DNA of 32,000 bases from Candidatus Bipolaricaulota bacterium (GTDB taxonomy: Bacteria; Bipolaricaulota; Bipolaricaulia; Bipolaricaulales; Bipolaricaulaceae): NCBI GenBank assembly GCA_025060415.1, contig JANXBT010000001.1:459628-491627 (forward strand), read 5' to 3'. Both the position numbers and the translations under genes were made by a program. The notes below the pieces were generated by a model that saw nothing but the letters and a program-made list of their open reading frames with translations, was not told where the DNA came from and did no database searches. How positions within the stretch are numbered: the first letter of the stretch is position 1; every line of letters starts with the position of its first letter. Positions 24,620-32,000 of this stretch are shown here, in pieces.

Positions 24620-24625
24620 TATAAT
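24620..24625 (+). promoter_or_regulatory. Candidate -10 box for tkt
   Basis: A perfect TATAAT at 24620-24625 lies 25 nt upstream of ATG 24651, with AAGGAGGGGGG (24640-24650) in between. I found no convincing -35. Confidence 0.3.
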
Positions 24626-24650
24626 CGCCGCGTTTGCCGAAGGAGGGGGG

Positions 24651-26702
24651 ATGGGCACGGCCGAGCTGGATCGGCTTTGCGTGAACGCCCTGCGGTTTTT
24701 GGCGGTGGACATGATCGAGCGGGCCAAATCGGGGCATCCCGGGCTGCCCCTGGGCGCGGCGCCCATGGCCTACGTGCTGTGGAGCCGGCACCTCCGCCAC
24801 AGCCCCCAGGACCCCGACTGGCCCGACCGCGACCGCTTCGTCCTCTCCGCCGGCCACGGCTCCGCCCTCCTCTACGCCCTCCTGCACCTTTTCGGCTACC
24901 TCCCCTTGGAGGAGCTTCAAAACTTCCGGCAGTGGGGGAGCCGGACGCCGGGGCATCCGGAGGCCGGGCTCACGCCGGGGGTGGAGGTGACCACGGGTCC
25001 CCTGGGCCAGGGCTTCGCCAACGCCGTGGGCATGGCCATGGCCGAGGCGCACCTCGCCGCCCTCTTCAACCGCCCGGGATTCCCCATCGTGGACCACCGC
25101 ACCTACGTCCTCGCCTCGGACGGCGACCTCATGGAGGGCGTGGTGGCGGAGGCCGCCTCCCTCGCCGGCCACCTCAAGCTCGGCAAGCTCATCGTCCTTT
25201 ACGACCAAAACTTCGTGTCCCTGGCGGGCTCCACCGCCCTGGCCTTCACGGAGGACGTGCGCCGGCGCTTTGAGGCCTGCGGTTGGCAGGTCCTCGAGGT
25301 CCCCGACGGGAACGACCTTGAGGCCATCGACGCCGCCCTTCAGGAGGCCAAGGCCGAGCGGGAAAGGCCCTCCCTCATTTGCGTGCGCACGGTGATCGGG
25401 TACGGGGCGCCCACCAAAGCCGGCACGTTCCACGCGCATGGGGCGCCCCTGGGGCCGGAGGAAGCGCGGGCCGCCAAGCGCAACCTGGGCTGGCCGGAGG
25501 AGCCGCCCTTCTACGTCCCCGAGGAAGTGCGGGCGCACTTCGCGGAGCTCCGCGCCCGGGCGGAGGCGGGCGCGGCCGCCTGGCACAGGCTCTTTTCCGA
25601 GTACGAAAAGGCTTATCCGGAGCTGGCGCGGGAGTTCCGCCGGCGGATGCGAGGCGAGCTCCCGGCCGGGTGGGAGGAGGGCCTGCCCGTGTTCGCGCCG
25701 GGGACGAAGGTCTCCACGCGCAAGGCCTCGGAGGCCGTGCTTCAGGCCCTGGGGGAGCGGATCCCGGAGCTCGTGGGCGGCTCGGCGGACCTGAACCCCT
25801 CCTGTTTCACTTGGCTCAAGGGGAAGGGCGATTTCCAGGCCCCGCCGGATCCGGGCCCGGTGCAGGGCGCGGTGGGCGGCGGCTGGGGTTATTTCGGTCG
25901 GAACCTCCACTTCGGCGTACGGGAGCACGCCATGGGCGCCATCGCCCTGGGGATGGCCCGCCACGGCGGGGTGCTCCCCTTCTGCGGCACCTTCCTGGTT
26001 TTTTCCGACTACATGCGGCCGCCCATCCGCCTGGCGGCCATGAGCCACACCCGCGTGGTGTTCGTGTTCACCCACGACTCCGTGGCCGTGGGCGAGGACG
26101 GCCCCACCCACCAGCCCGTGGAGCAGCTCATGAACCTCCGCTGCGTGCCGAACCTCGTGGTGATCCGGCCCGCGGACGCCAACGAGGTGCGGGAGGCGTG
26201 GGTGGCGGCCCTGCGGCGCCGCGAGGGCCCCACGGCCCTCGTCCTCACCCGCCAGGACGTGCCCGTGCTGGACAGGACGGGCCTGGCCGGGCCGGAGAAC
26301 CTCCACCGCGGCGGGTACGTCCTCTGGCAGGCCCGGGAGGGGGAACCCGACGTGATCCTCATCGGAACGGGCTCGGAGGTGGCCCTCGCCCTGGAGGCGG
26401 GGAGGAAACTGGCCGAAGAGGGGGTGAACGCCCGCGTGGTGGCCCTGCCCAGCTTCGAGCTCTTCCTGGCTCAGCCGGAGGAGTATCGGGAGGCGGTGCT
26501 GCCCAAGGGGGTGCGGGCGCGGGTGGCCGTGGAGGCGGGCTGCCCCTTGGGCTGGGAGCGGTTCGTGGGCCTGGACGGAGCGGTGGTGGGCCTTTCCCGT
26601 TTCGGCGCCAGCGCCCCCGGCCCTGTGGCTCTGGAAAAGCTGGGGATCACGGTGGAAGCCGTGGTGCGCGCCGCGCGGCGCGTTCTGGCCGCGGCGCCCT
26701 AG
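24651..26702 (+). CDS. tkt: Transketolase
   Basis: I start the gene at ATG 24651, which has a strong Shine-Dalgarno sequence. The sequence has [30 protein letters not shown], the ThDP motif SDGDLMEGV, and [19 protein letters not shown]. The ORF-track start at 24603 adds 16 unsupported codons. Confidence 0.93.
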   Translation: MGTAELDRLCVNALRFLAVDMIERAKSGHPGLPLGAAPMAYVLWSRHLRHSPQDPDWPDRDRFVLSAGHGSALLYALLHLFGYLPLEELQNFRQWGSRTPGHPEAGLTPGVEVTTGPLGQGFANAVGMAMAEAHLAALFNRPGFPIVDHRTYVLASDGDLMEGVVAEAASLAGHLKLGKLIVLYDQNFVSLAGSTALAFTEDVRRRFEACGWQVLEVPDGNDLEAIDAALQEAKAERERPSLICVRTVIGYGAPTKAGTFHAHGAPLGPEEARAAKRNLGWPEEPPFYVPEEVRAHFAELRARAEAGAAAWHRLFSEYEKAYPELAREFRRRMRGELPAGWEEGLPVFAPGTKVSTRKASEAVLQALGERIPELVGGSADLNPSCFTWLKGKGDFQAPPDPGPVQGAVGGGWGYFGRNLHFGVREHAMGAIALGMARHGGVLPFCGTFLVFSDYMRPPIRLAAMSHTRVVFVFTHDSVAVGEDGPTHQPVEQLMNLRCVPNLVVIRPADANEVREAWVAALRRREGPTALVLTRQDVPVLDRTGLAGPENLHRGGYVLWQAREGEPDVILIGTGSEVALALEAGRKLAEEGVNARVVALPSFELFLAQPEEYREAVLPKGVRARVAVEAGCPLGWERFVGLDGAVVGLSRFGASAPGPVALEKLGITVEAVVRAARRVLAAAP

Positions 26703-26713
26703 AATCGCCCGCC

Positions 26714-27145
26714 ATGCGGAAATGGGGAGCTTTCGCGGCCTTTTTGGGGCTCCTGGCGGCGCTCCTTGGCGGATGCCGCCCGCAGTTCCCCGGCCCCCTG
26801 CCCGCCCGGGATCCGCCCTTCCGCATCGAGCTTTTGGCGGAGCGGGTCCAGGGCCGACGGGGCGAGGTGGCGGGGTTGCCCCTGCGCGTCGTCCCCTTGG
26901 TCCAACCTGGCCCGGACGTCCCCATCGGCTTTTGGTTCACCCTCGCGGACGGCTCCGACGCCTCCTTCCTTCTTGCCAACGCTGGGCTTTCGTTTGGGTC
27001 CTATTCCGGAACCCAGCCCACGGAATACGCGCATCCCTTGGCCATATCCGCGCAAGCGCCCGCGGGCACCTGGCGCCTTCTCCTCCACGCCAAAAACGAC
27101 TCCAGCTACCAACGCCTGCCCTTCACGTTGCTCGTGGCCCCTTAG
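26714..27145 (+). CDS. Small lipoprotein, unknown function
   Basis: The signal peptide with lipobox reads MRKWGAFAAFLGLLAALLGGC (LLGG|C). The mature part of about 120 aa looks beta-rich. Only the last 143 codons of ORF 25379-27145 are credible. Confidence 0.7.
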   Translation: MRKWGAFAAFLGLLAALLGGCRPQFPGPLPARDPPFRIELLAERVQGRRGEVAGLPLRVVPLVQPGPDVPIGFWFTLADGSDASFLLANAGLSFGSYSGTQPTEYAHPLAISAQAPAGTWRLLLHAKNDSSYQRLPFTLLVAP

Positions 27146-27176
27146 AGGGGCGAGGGGCCTTGGGGAGAGGGGCCCT

Positions 27177-27948
27177 ATGAGGGCAAACCTTTTAGGCAGT
27201 GTGGTGGAGCGCCTCTATAGGGCCTGGGAAAGCTTCGATTCCGTAAAAATCGAGTTTTTCTGGACCGTGGAGAGGCCCGAGCTCCCTAAAGGGACGCCCT
27301 TGCACCTAAGGGTTCCTTTTTGGAGGCGTTTTCTGCACCGCGGGCTAGGGGCGGCTCCGGGCCCCGGGCCGGAGACGAAATGCACGTGGTGGGAGCGGAT
27401 TTACGCCGCGCGGCCCACGCGCTGGCGGCAGGAGACCCCCAACGCCGTTTTCGTTATCCACGGGACTTCCTGGTGGAGCCTTTCCTCCGACAGGAAGCTC
27501 CGCACCAACGCGCTTCCTCCTGGCTTTTCCGGGCCGGTGCGCCGAATCCCCGTAGGTCTCGGGAATCCTCACACGTGGGCTAAAGCCGTGACGGATCACC
27601 CGTGCCTGGACCCCTCGTTCCTCCTTTGTTTCTTTTCCTTGACGCCCGAGGAGGAAACCCTTTGGGCGGGGCGCGCGGCCCTGCGGGTCCGGGCGCGCCC
27701 CAAGGGCGGGCGGCCTCCCTTCCCCTCCCGGTTCTTCGATGCTGACGAGGTCGTGCTTTGGATGGGCCAAGAGCGGGGGGGTGGTCTTGCGCTACGAGCT
27801 GTGGGCCCAAGGCCGGCTTTTCCAAGTAATCGAGGCCCGGGCGGTGGAGTTCGACCTCCCCCTCCCTGAGGAGCTTTTCGCCTTCCCACCCGATGTGAAA
27901 GGCCCGGTGCTCCTTCTGGGCGAGCCCGCAGAGGGAAAGGACCGGTAA
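27177..27948 (+). pseudogene. Hypothetical protein (possibly LolA-like/beta-barrel fold) interrupted by a +1 frameshift in a G7 run
   Basis: Frame 0 runs from ATG 27177 (MRANLLGSVVERLYRAW...FFDADEVVLWMGQERG). Translation continues sensibly only in frame 1 (VVLRYELWAQGRLFQVIEARAVEFDLPLPEELFAFPPD...) to TAA 27946-27948. The switch is at GGGGGGG 27775-27781, and removing one G joins the frames. The fold assignment is a weak guess from the pattern ...RPTRWRQE...VIHGTSWW... Confidence 0.6.
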
Positions 27949-27960
27949 AGCGGGGGGCCC

Positions 27961-28728
27961 TCAGGGGCCGAAGGCCTGGCGGAGGCCCTCCTCGTAGGCG
28001 CGCACGAACTCCGCCACGAAGGCGTCCGCGGGATGGTCGCGGATCTCCTTGGGCGTGCCCACCTGCACGAACCTCCCCTCCCGCATCACCGCCACCCGGT
28101 CGCCCAAGAGGAAGGCCTCGGCGAGGTCGTGGGTCACGTAGACCGTGGTGGCCCCGAGCTCCGCGTGGAGGCGGCGGAGCTCCGCGCGGGCCTGGGCCCG
28201 GCTGGGCGGATCCAGATGAGCCAAGGGCTCATCGAGGAGGAAGACCTTGGGGGTGAGGACGGTGGCCCGGCCCAGGGCCACCCGCTGCTTTTGCCCCTCG
28301 GAGAGCTCGTGGGGCCGGCGGGCAAACCACGAGGCGGGGATGCCCAGCCGCCGCACCACCCGCTCCACCCGCGCCTGGATCCCCTCTGGCCGCTCCCGCC
28401 GAAGCTTGAGGGGGAACGAGAGGTTGGACCACCGCCGGGGATGGTAAACCTCCAGGTGCGGGTAGAGCGCGTAGTCCTGGCCCTGGAAGACCATGCGCAC
28501 CCCGCGTGCCTGGGGCGGAACGTCGTTCATGAGGACGCCGTCGAAGTAGATCTGGCCCTGATCGGGTCGGATCAACCCCGCCAAAAGCCGGAGGAGCGTG
28601 GTCTTGCCGCAGGCGGTGGGCCCCACCACCACGAAGAACTCCCGGTCGCGGATGCGGGCGGTGAGGTTGTCCACGGCTATGACCGAGCCAAACCTTTTTG
28701 TGACCCCTTGGAGGACGATCTCCGGCAT
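27961..28728 (-). CDS. ABC transporter ATP-binding protein, NBD only (MalK/CysA/PotA-like importer ATPase without C-terminal regulatory domain)
   Basis: ATG 28728 is preceded by GGAGGTGA. The motifs are Walker A GPTACGKTT, Q-loop MVFQ, signature LSEGQKQRVALGRA, Walker B VFLLDEPLAHLD and H-loop VYVTHD. The C-terminus ends ...HPADAFVAEFV. Confidence 0.88.
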   Translation of the reverse strand: MPEIVLQGVTKRFGSVIAVDNLTARIRDREFFVVVGPTACGKTTLLRLLAGLIRPDQGQIYFDGVLMNDVPPQARGVRMVFQGQDYALYPHLEVYHPRRWSNLSFPLKLRRERPEGIQARVERVVRRLGIPASWFARRPHELSEGQKQRVALGRATVLTPKVFLLDEPLAHLDPPSRAQARAELRRLHAELGATTVYVTHDLAEAFLLGDRVAVMREGRFVQVGTPKEIRDHPADAFVAEFVRAYEEGLRQAFGP

Positions 28729-28730
28729 CC

Positions 28731-29120
28731 TCACCTCCGCCAGAAGAGGAAGCGGCGTTTGGGACGGGGCGGAGGGGTTTGGATCTCCCCGGCCTCGCGG
28801 GCCGCGCGCACCGCCTCCTCCCAGGTGCCGCGGGCGCGGGCCTTGCTCTCCCAGAGGGCGGCGAAGCGCTGCAGGGCTTCTTCGGCGTCCCGTTTGGTCA
28901 CGCCCCGGCCGCCCCGGGCCAGCGAGCGCAGCACCTCGTCCAACGCGGTCGTGTCCGGACGGATGTGCACCTCCTCCCCCTCTTGCACCAACACGTACCG
29001 CGTGGCCTCGGCCAGGAGCCCGAACACGGAGGAATCCACCCGCCCCAGGGGCAGCACCTCCGTCACGAACTCCCGATCCGCCTCGAAGAACTCCCGCCGC
29101 AGGACCTCACGCCAGCCCAT
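28731..29120 (-). CDS. Hypothetical protein, 129 aa, highly charged with a basic C-terminal tail
   Basis: The ORF has the local G/C third-position bias. ATG 29120 overlaps the AOR 3' end by 14 nt. Stop TGA 28731-28733 lies 2 nt before the ABC ATPase ATG. I recognise no family. The C-terminus reads PPPRPKRRFLFWRR. Confidence 0.6.
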   Translation of the reverse strand: MGWREVLRREFFEADREFVTEVLPLGRVDSSVFGLLAEATRYVLVQEGEEVHIRPDTTALDEVLRSLARGGRGVTKRDAEEALQRFAALWESKARARGTWEEAVRAAREAGEIQTPPPRPKRRFLFWRR

Positions 29121-30876
29121 CCTCGCCCTCCAAAAGACGCCGCAGTTCCGCCAGGGCCTCGCGGAGGAAGCCCTCCTCCACCGGACCGGCCGGGGTGGGC
29201 GCCTCCAAGGCCCGCTTGGGGATGGGTAGCTCCTCGAGCCGGAAGCCCTCCCGCGTTTTGAACGCGTATTTGCGGCGGAGGATCCGGACGCCCAGGGCCT
29301 CCAGCTCCTCCGGGCTGCGGGGGACGCCTAAGGTCCCCAGGGCCGCGCTGCAGGTGGGAAGGTCATAGATCCCGCGGGCGAAAAAGCACACCACGAGGGA
29401 GGAGAGGACCTGGCGCCGGGCCTCCTCCTGAAACAGGCGCTGGGCCAGTTCCGCCGGGGTGAGTTTCTCCCCGCGCGCCAGGGCCTCCTGGTCCAGGGCG
29501 TAGCCCGCGGAATCGAGGTGGGAGTGGCGCGATCCGGAAAGGTAGGTGAGGAGGGCGCCGGGGCCCGTGTGGTAGCCGGGCATCTCGTTGCCGCCGAAGT
29601 GAAGGGCGAACTCCTCCCCGCCGTAGCGTTCGGCCGCGGCCCGCACCCCCCGCCCCAAAACCGCGTAGAACTCGCCCTCCCGCTGGGCGATGCGCCGGAT
29701 CATCTCCAAGTACACCTCCGCCCGGCCCCACTCCGGCTTGAGCCCGCCCGTTTCCCGCTCGGTGACGAGCCCGCGCAGGAAGGCCTCCGTGGCCCAGGCC
29801 AGTACCACCCCCGTGGTGATGGCGTCCATCCCAAAAACCTCCACCGCGTCGATGAGCTTGAGCACATCCTCCGCCCGTTCCATCCCCAGCAGGCTCCCCA
29901 GGGCGTAGAGGGGCTCGTGGTCGTAGGACACGAACGTGGTCTTGTAGAAGTAGGGCTCCTGAGGGTGGGGTTCGCGCAGGATCGCAAGGTGGATGCAGGC
30001 TACAGGGCAGGCGGAGCAGGCCAGCCTCCGCCCGAGGAACTCCTCGGCCAGCCTCTCCCCGGTGAACCGGGGCTCCGCCGGGTAGCGGGTCGCCAGGAGG
30101 TTGCGCACGGGGAGCGCCCCGAGCTGGTGGAGGGGCCGGATGTTTTGGGCCGTGCCCAGGTCGTGGTACTTGCGCATGAGCTCCGAGCGCGTGGCCCTCT
30201 CCCAGAGCTCGCGGTAGAGCTTTTGGTAGCGGGGCGGGTCGGGGATGGGCACGGTGCCCATCCCGGAGATGACCAGGGCCTTCAGGTTTTTGCTGCCGAA
30301 CACGGCGCCCAGGCCCAGGCGGCCGAAGTGCCGGTAAGTTTCGGCCACCACCGTGGCGTAGGTGACCAAGCGCTCGCCGGCGCGGCCGATGCGGAGGATG
30401 GTGCGGGCACCCGCGCCGGGCTCGATCTCCCGCAGCACCCGGCCCACGGTGAGGGAGGAGGAGAGGCCCCAGAGGGCGCGGGCGTCCCGGAAGTTCACCC
30501 GGCCCCGATGGATGGAGAGGTACACGGGGACCTCGCTGCGCCCCTGGATCACCAGGGCGCCAAATCCCGCCAGGCGCAGGGCCAGGGCCACCCGCCCCCC
30601 GCAATGGGACTCCCCCAGGTTCCCGGTGTGGGGCGATTTGAACATGGCCACCGCCTTCGAGGCCAGGGGGAAAAGGGGGTTCAGGGGCCCCACGGCCAAC
30701 ACGATGGGGTTCTCCGGCCCCAAGGGGTCCGCGTCCTTGGGGCAGAGCTCATGCAAAAGCTCGATGGCCACGCCCGCGCCGCCTAGGCCCTTCTCGAAGA
30801 GGTCCGGCCGCTCCTCCACCCAAGAGCGCTTCCTGGTGAGGTCCACGCGCAGAACGCGGGCCAGGAGCCTATCCAC
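29107..30876 (-). CDS. Aldehyde:ferredoxin oxidoreductase family tungstopterin enzyme (AOR)
   Basis: 589 aa with GTG start 30876 after GGAGGAGGTGG. The N-terminal AOR_N pattern reads LRVDLTRKRSW...GLGGAGVAIELL...DPLGPENPIVLAVGPL...KSPHTGNLGESHCGG...GFGALVIQG. The [4Fe-4S] motif is CSACPVAC. Confidence 0.9.
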   Translation of the reverse strand: MDRLLARVLRVDLTRKRSWVEERPDLFEKGLGGAGVAIELLHELCPKDADPLGPENPIVLAVGPLNPLFPLASKAVAMFKSPHTGNLGESHCGGRVALALRLAGFGALVIQGRSEVPVYLSIHRGRVNFRDARALWGLSSSLTVGRVLREIEPGAGARTILRIGRAGERLVTYATVVAETYRHFGRLGLGAVFGSKNLKALVISGMGTVPIPDPPRYQKLYRELWERATRSELMRKYHDLGTAQNIRPLHQLGALPVRNLLATRYPAEPRFTGERLAEEFLGRRLACSACPVACIHLAILREPHPQEPYFYKTTFVSYDHEPLYALGSLLGMERAEDVLKLIDAVEVFGMDAITTGVVLAWATEAFLRGLVTERETGGLKPEWGRAEVYLEMIRRIAQREGEFYAVLGRGVRAAAERYGGEEFALHFGGNEMPGYHTGPGALLTYLSGSRHSHLDSAGYALDQEALARGEKLTPAELAQRLFQEEARRQVLSSLVVCFFARGIYDLPTCSAALGTLGVPRSPEELEALGVRILRRKYAFKTREGFRLEELPIPKRALEAPTPAGPVEEGFLREALAELRRLLEGEDGLA

Positions 30877-31276
30877 CGCCCACCTCCTCCAAGGCGATCA
30901 CGCCATGGGGACAGAAAGAGGCGCAGAGCCCGCAATGGACGCAGATCACCGGTTTATTGTTCTCCTCGTCCCAGTGAACGGCCCCAAAAGGGCAGGAGAG
31001 GACGCAGGTGCGACAGCCAATACAGCGGTCCGGGAGGACGCGCACGCCCACCGTGGCCTTGGTGATGGCGCCGACAGGGCAGGAGGCGGCGCAGGGCGGG
31101 TCCGGGCAGGCCCGACACACGATGACCACGAACCCGTTCTCCACCCCGCCCACGGAGCGCACGGCGATGGCCGAGCGCGCCAGCCCCCCTTCCCCAAACC
31201 GGCGCGAACAGGCCAGGGCACAAAGGAGGCAGTCCACGCACCGGCCGGAGTCCACTACGGCCAAACGCTTAGGCAC
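30869..31276 (-). CDS. Four-cluster 4Fe-4S ferredoxin-type protein (AOR electron-transfer subunit-like)
   Basis: 135 aa with four complete cluster motifs: CVDCLLCALAC, CRACPDPPCAASCP, CIGCRTCVLSCP and CVHCGLCASFCP. It overlaps both flanking genes by 8 nt. Confidence 0.88.
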   Translation of the reverse strand: MPKRLAVVDSGRCVDCLLCALACSRRFGEGGLARSAIAVRSVGGVENGFVVIVCRACPDPPCAASCPVGAITKATVGVRVLPDRCIGCRTCVLSCPFGAVHWDEENNKPVICVHCGLCASFCPHGVIALEEVGGG

Positions 31277-32000
31277 GGAAACCCTCCTGGACCGCCGCGG
31301 TTTTCACCCGCGCGGCCACGGTCCGGCCGAGCTCCCGCCCCTGGCGGAGCTCCTCCGGGGTGGGCGCGCCCCCGAACTCCACGGTGCCCACTAGCTCCCA
31401 GCCCAGCGCGCGCACCTTCTCCGCAAGCTTAGCCGTGGCCCCGCCCCGCCAGCCGTAGGAGCCGAAAATCCCCACCACCCGGTTCCGCAGCCGTTTCCGC
31501 TCGAGGAGCCGGAGGAGGTGCTCCACCGGCGGGAAGACGTCGGTGTCGTAGGTGGGGCTGCCCAAAAGGAGGCCTTGGAAGCGCCAGGCTTCCTGAATGA
31601 GGAAGCTCACGTGGGTGCGGCTGGCGTCGAGGACGCGCACGGGAAGGCCGGCCTCCCGCACGCCCTGGGCCACGGCCTCCGCCATCTTGCGCGTCTCCCC
31701 GTACATGGAACCGAAAACCAGGGCCACGCCGGGCTCGCCCTCGTGCCGCGCCCAGCGGGCGTAGAGCTCCACGATCCTCTGCGGCTCCCTCCGCCAGACG
31801 AGCCCATGAGAGGGGGCGATCACCTCGATCGGGAGCCCCTTGAGCTTCTCGATGGCCCGCAGCACCGCCTGGCTCTGCATGCCCACGATGTTGGAAAAGT
31901 AGCGCAGGACCTCGTCCTCGTAGAGGGCGAAGTCCACCTCGTCGGCGAAGAGCGCGCCCTCCAGGGCCCGGAAGCCCCCAAAGGCGTCGCAGGGGAAGAG
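31269..32000 (-). CDS. Flavodiiron protein (FprA-type, class A), C-terminal part; 5' end outside the window
   Basis: The frame stays open to base 32000. The upstream residues LFPCDAFGG match the end of the diiron metallo-beta-lactamase-like domain (compare LFSNDAFGQH). They are followed by APSHGLVWR and a flavodoxin-like domain (ALVFGSMYGETRKMAEAV...LLGSPTYD). Confidence 0.85.
   Translation of the reverse strand, partial: LFPCDAFGGFRALEGALFADEVDFALYEDEVLRYFSNIVGMQSQAVLRAIEKLKGLPIEVIAPSHGLVWRREPQRIVELYARWARHEGEPGVALVFGSMYGETRKMAEAVAQGVREAGLPVRVLDASRTHVSFLIQEAWRFQGLLLGSPTYDTDVFPPVEHLLRLLERKRLRNRVVGIFGSYGWRGGATAKLAEKVRALGWELVGTVEFGGAPTPEELRQGRELGRTVAARVKTAAVQEGFRA

Noticed and set aside
24549-26306. 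585-aa minus-strand ORF
   Set aside because: It is antisense to transketolase, whose motifs are unambiguous on the plus strand. It is a shadow ORF.
25379-26713. Upstream part of the 588-aa ORF 25379-27145
   Set aside because: It is an alternative frame of tkt. Only the last 143 codons, starting at a signal peptide with a lipobox, look genuine.
27949-27975. Small GC hairpin (GGCCC-tcag-GGGCC) between the convergent 27177-27948 gene and the ABC ATPase gene, as a bidirectional terminator
   Set aside because: It has only a 5-bp stem, no flanking T or A tracts, and partly overlaps the ABC stop codon. The evidence is insufficient.

Overview
This is a very GC-rich, gene-dense bacterial chromosomal segment. 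The proteins have a thermophile-like composition rich in E, R, L and P. I cannot assign a genus from sequence alone. All homology calls rest on motifs I recognise by eye; no database search was possible.

The window holds about 30 protein genes, nearly all housekeeping. Many are translationally coupled through ATGA/GTGA overlaps.
- Plus strand, 1-4165: accB(partial)-accC-ffh-rpsP-KH-trmD.
- Minus strand, 4168-7074: unknown 261-aa gene-ruvA-ruvX-ACT-Mut7-C.
- Plus strand, 7120-12422: acyl-CoA synthetase, thyX(frameshifted)-dcd-cdd-GH31.
- Minus strand, 12428-15629: a 23S-5S rRNA operon with no 16S gene upstream. Its promoter region abuts the stop codon of rsfS.
- Minus strand, 15715-17152: LCP-like gene-rsfS.
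- Plus strand, 17234-21983: AMMECR1-mtaB-phoH-ligA.
- 21980-26702: a compact sigma-70 family gene divergent from csp, then purB divergent from tkt.
- 26714-27948: a small lipoprotein gene and a frameshifted gene with atypical codon usage.
- Minus strand, 27961-32000: an overlapping operon of flavodiiron protein(partial)-four-cluster ferredoxin-tungsten-type aldehyde:ferredoxin oxidoreductase-unknown 129-aa protein-ABC ATPase with no transporter partner.

I found no CRISPR array, IS element, integrase, tRNA or obvious defence island.

The points most worth a second look are:
- the AOR operon with its orphan ABC ATPase and unknown partner;
- two single-G frameshifts in G runs (thyX and the 27177-27948 gene);
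- the unlinked 23S-5S operon with candidate tandem promoters overlapping the rsfS stop;
- a recurrent leaderless-type promoter layout at genes that begin operons;
- an untranscribed inverted repeat between the divergent sigma and csp promoters.

Overall this looks like an ordinary core-genome region, and I did not see a clearly novel multi-gene system.
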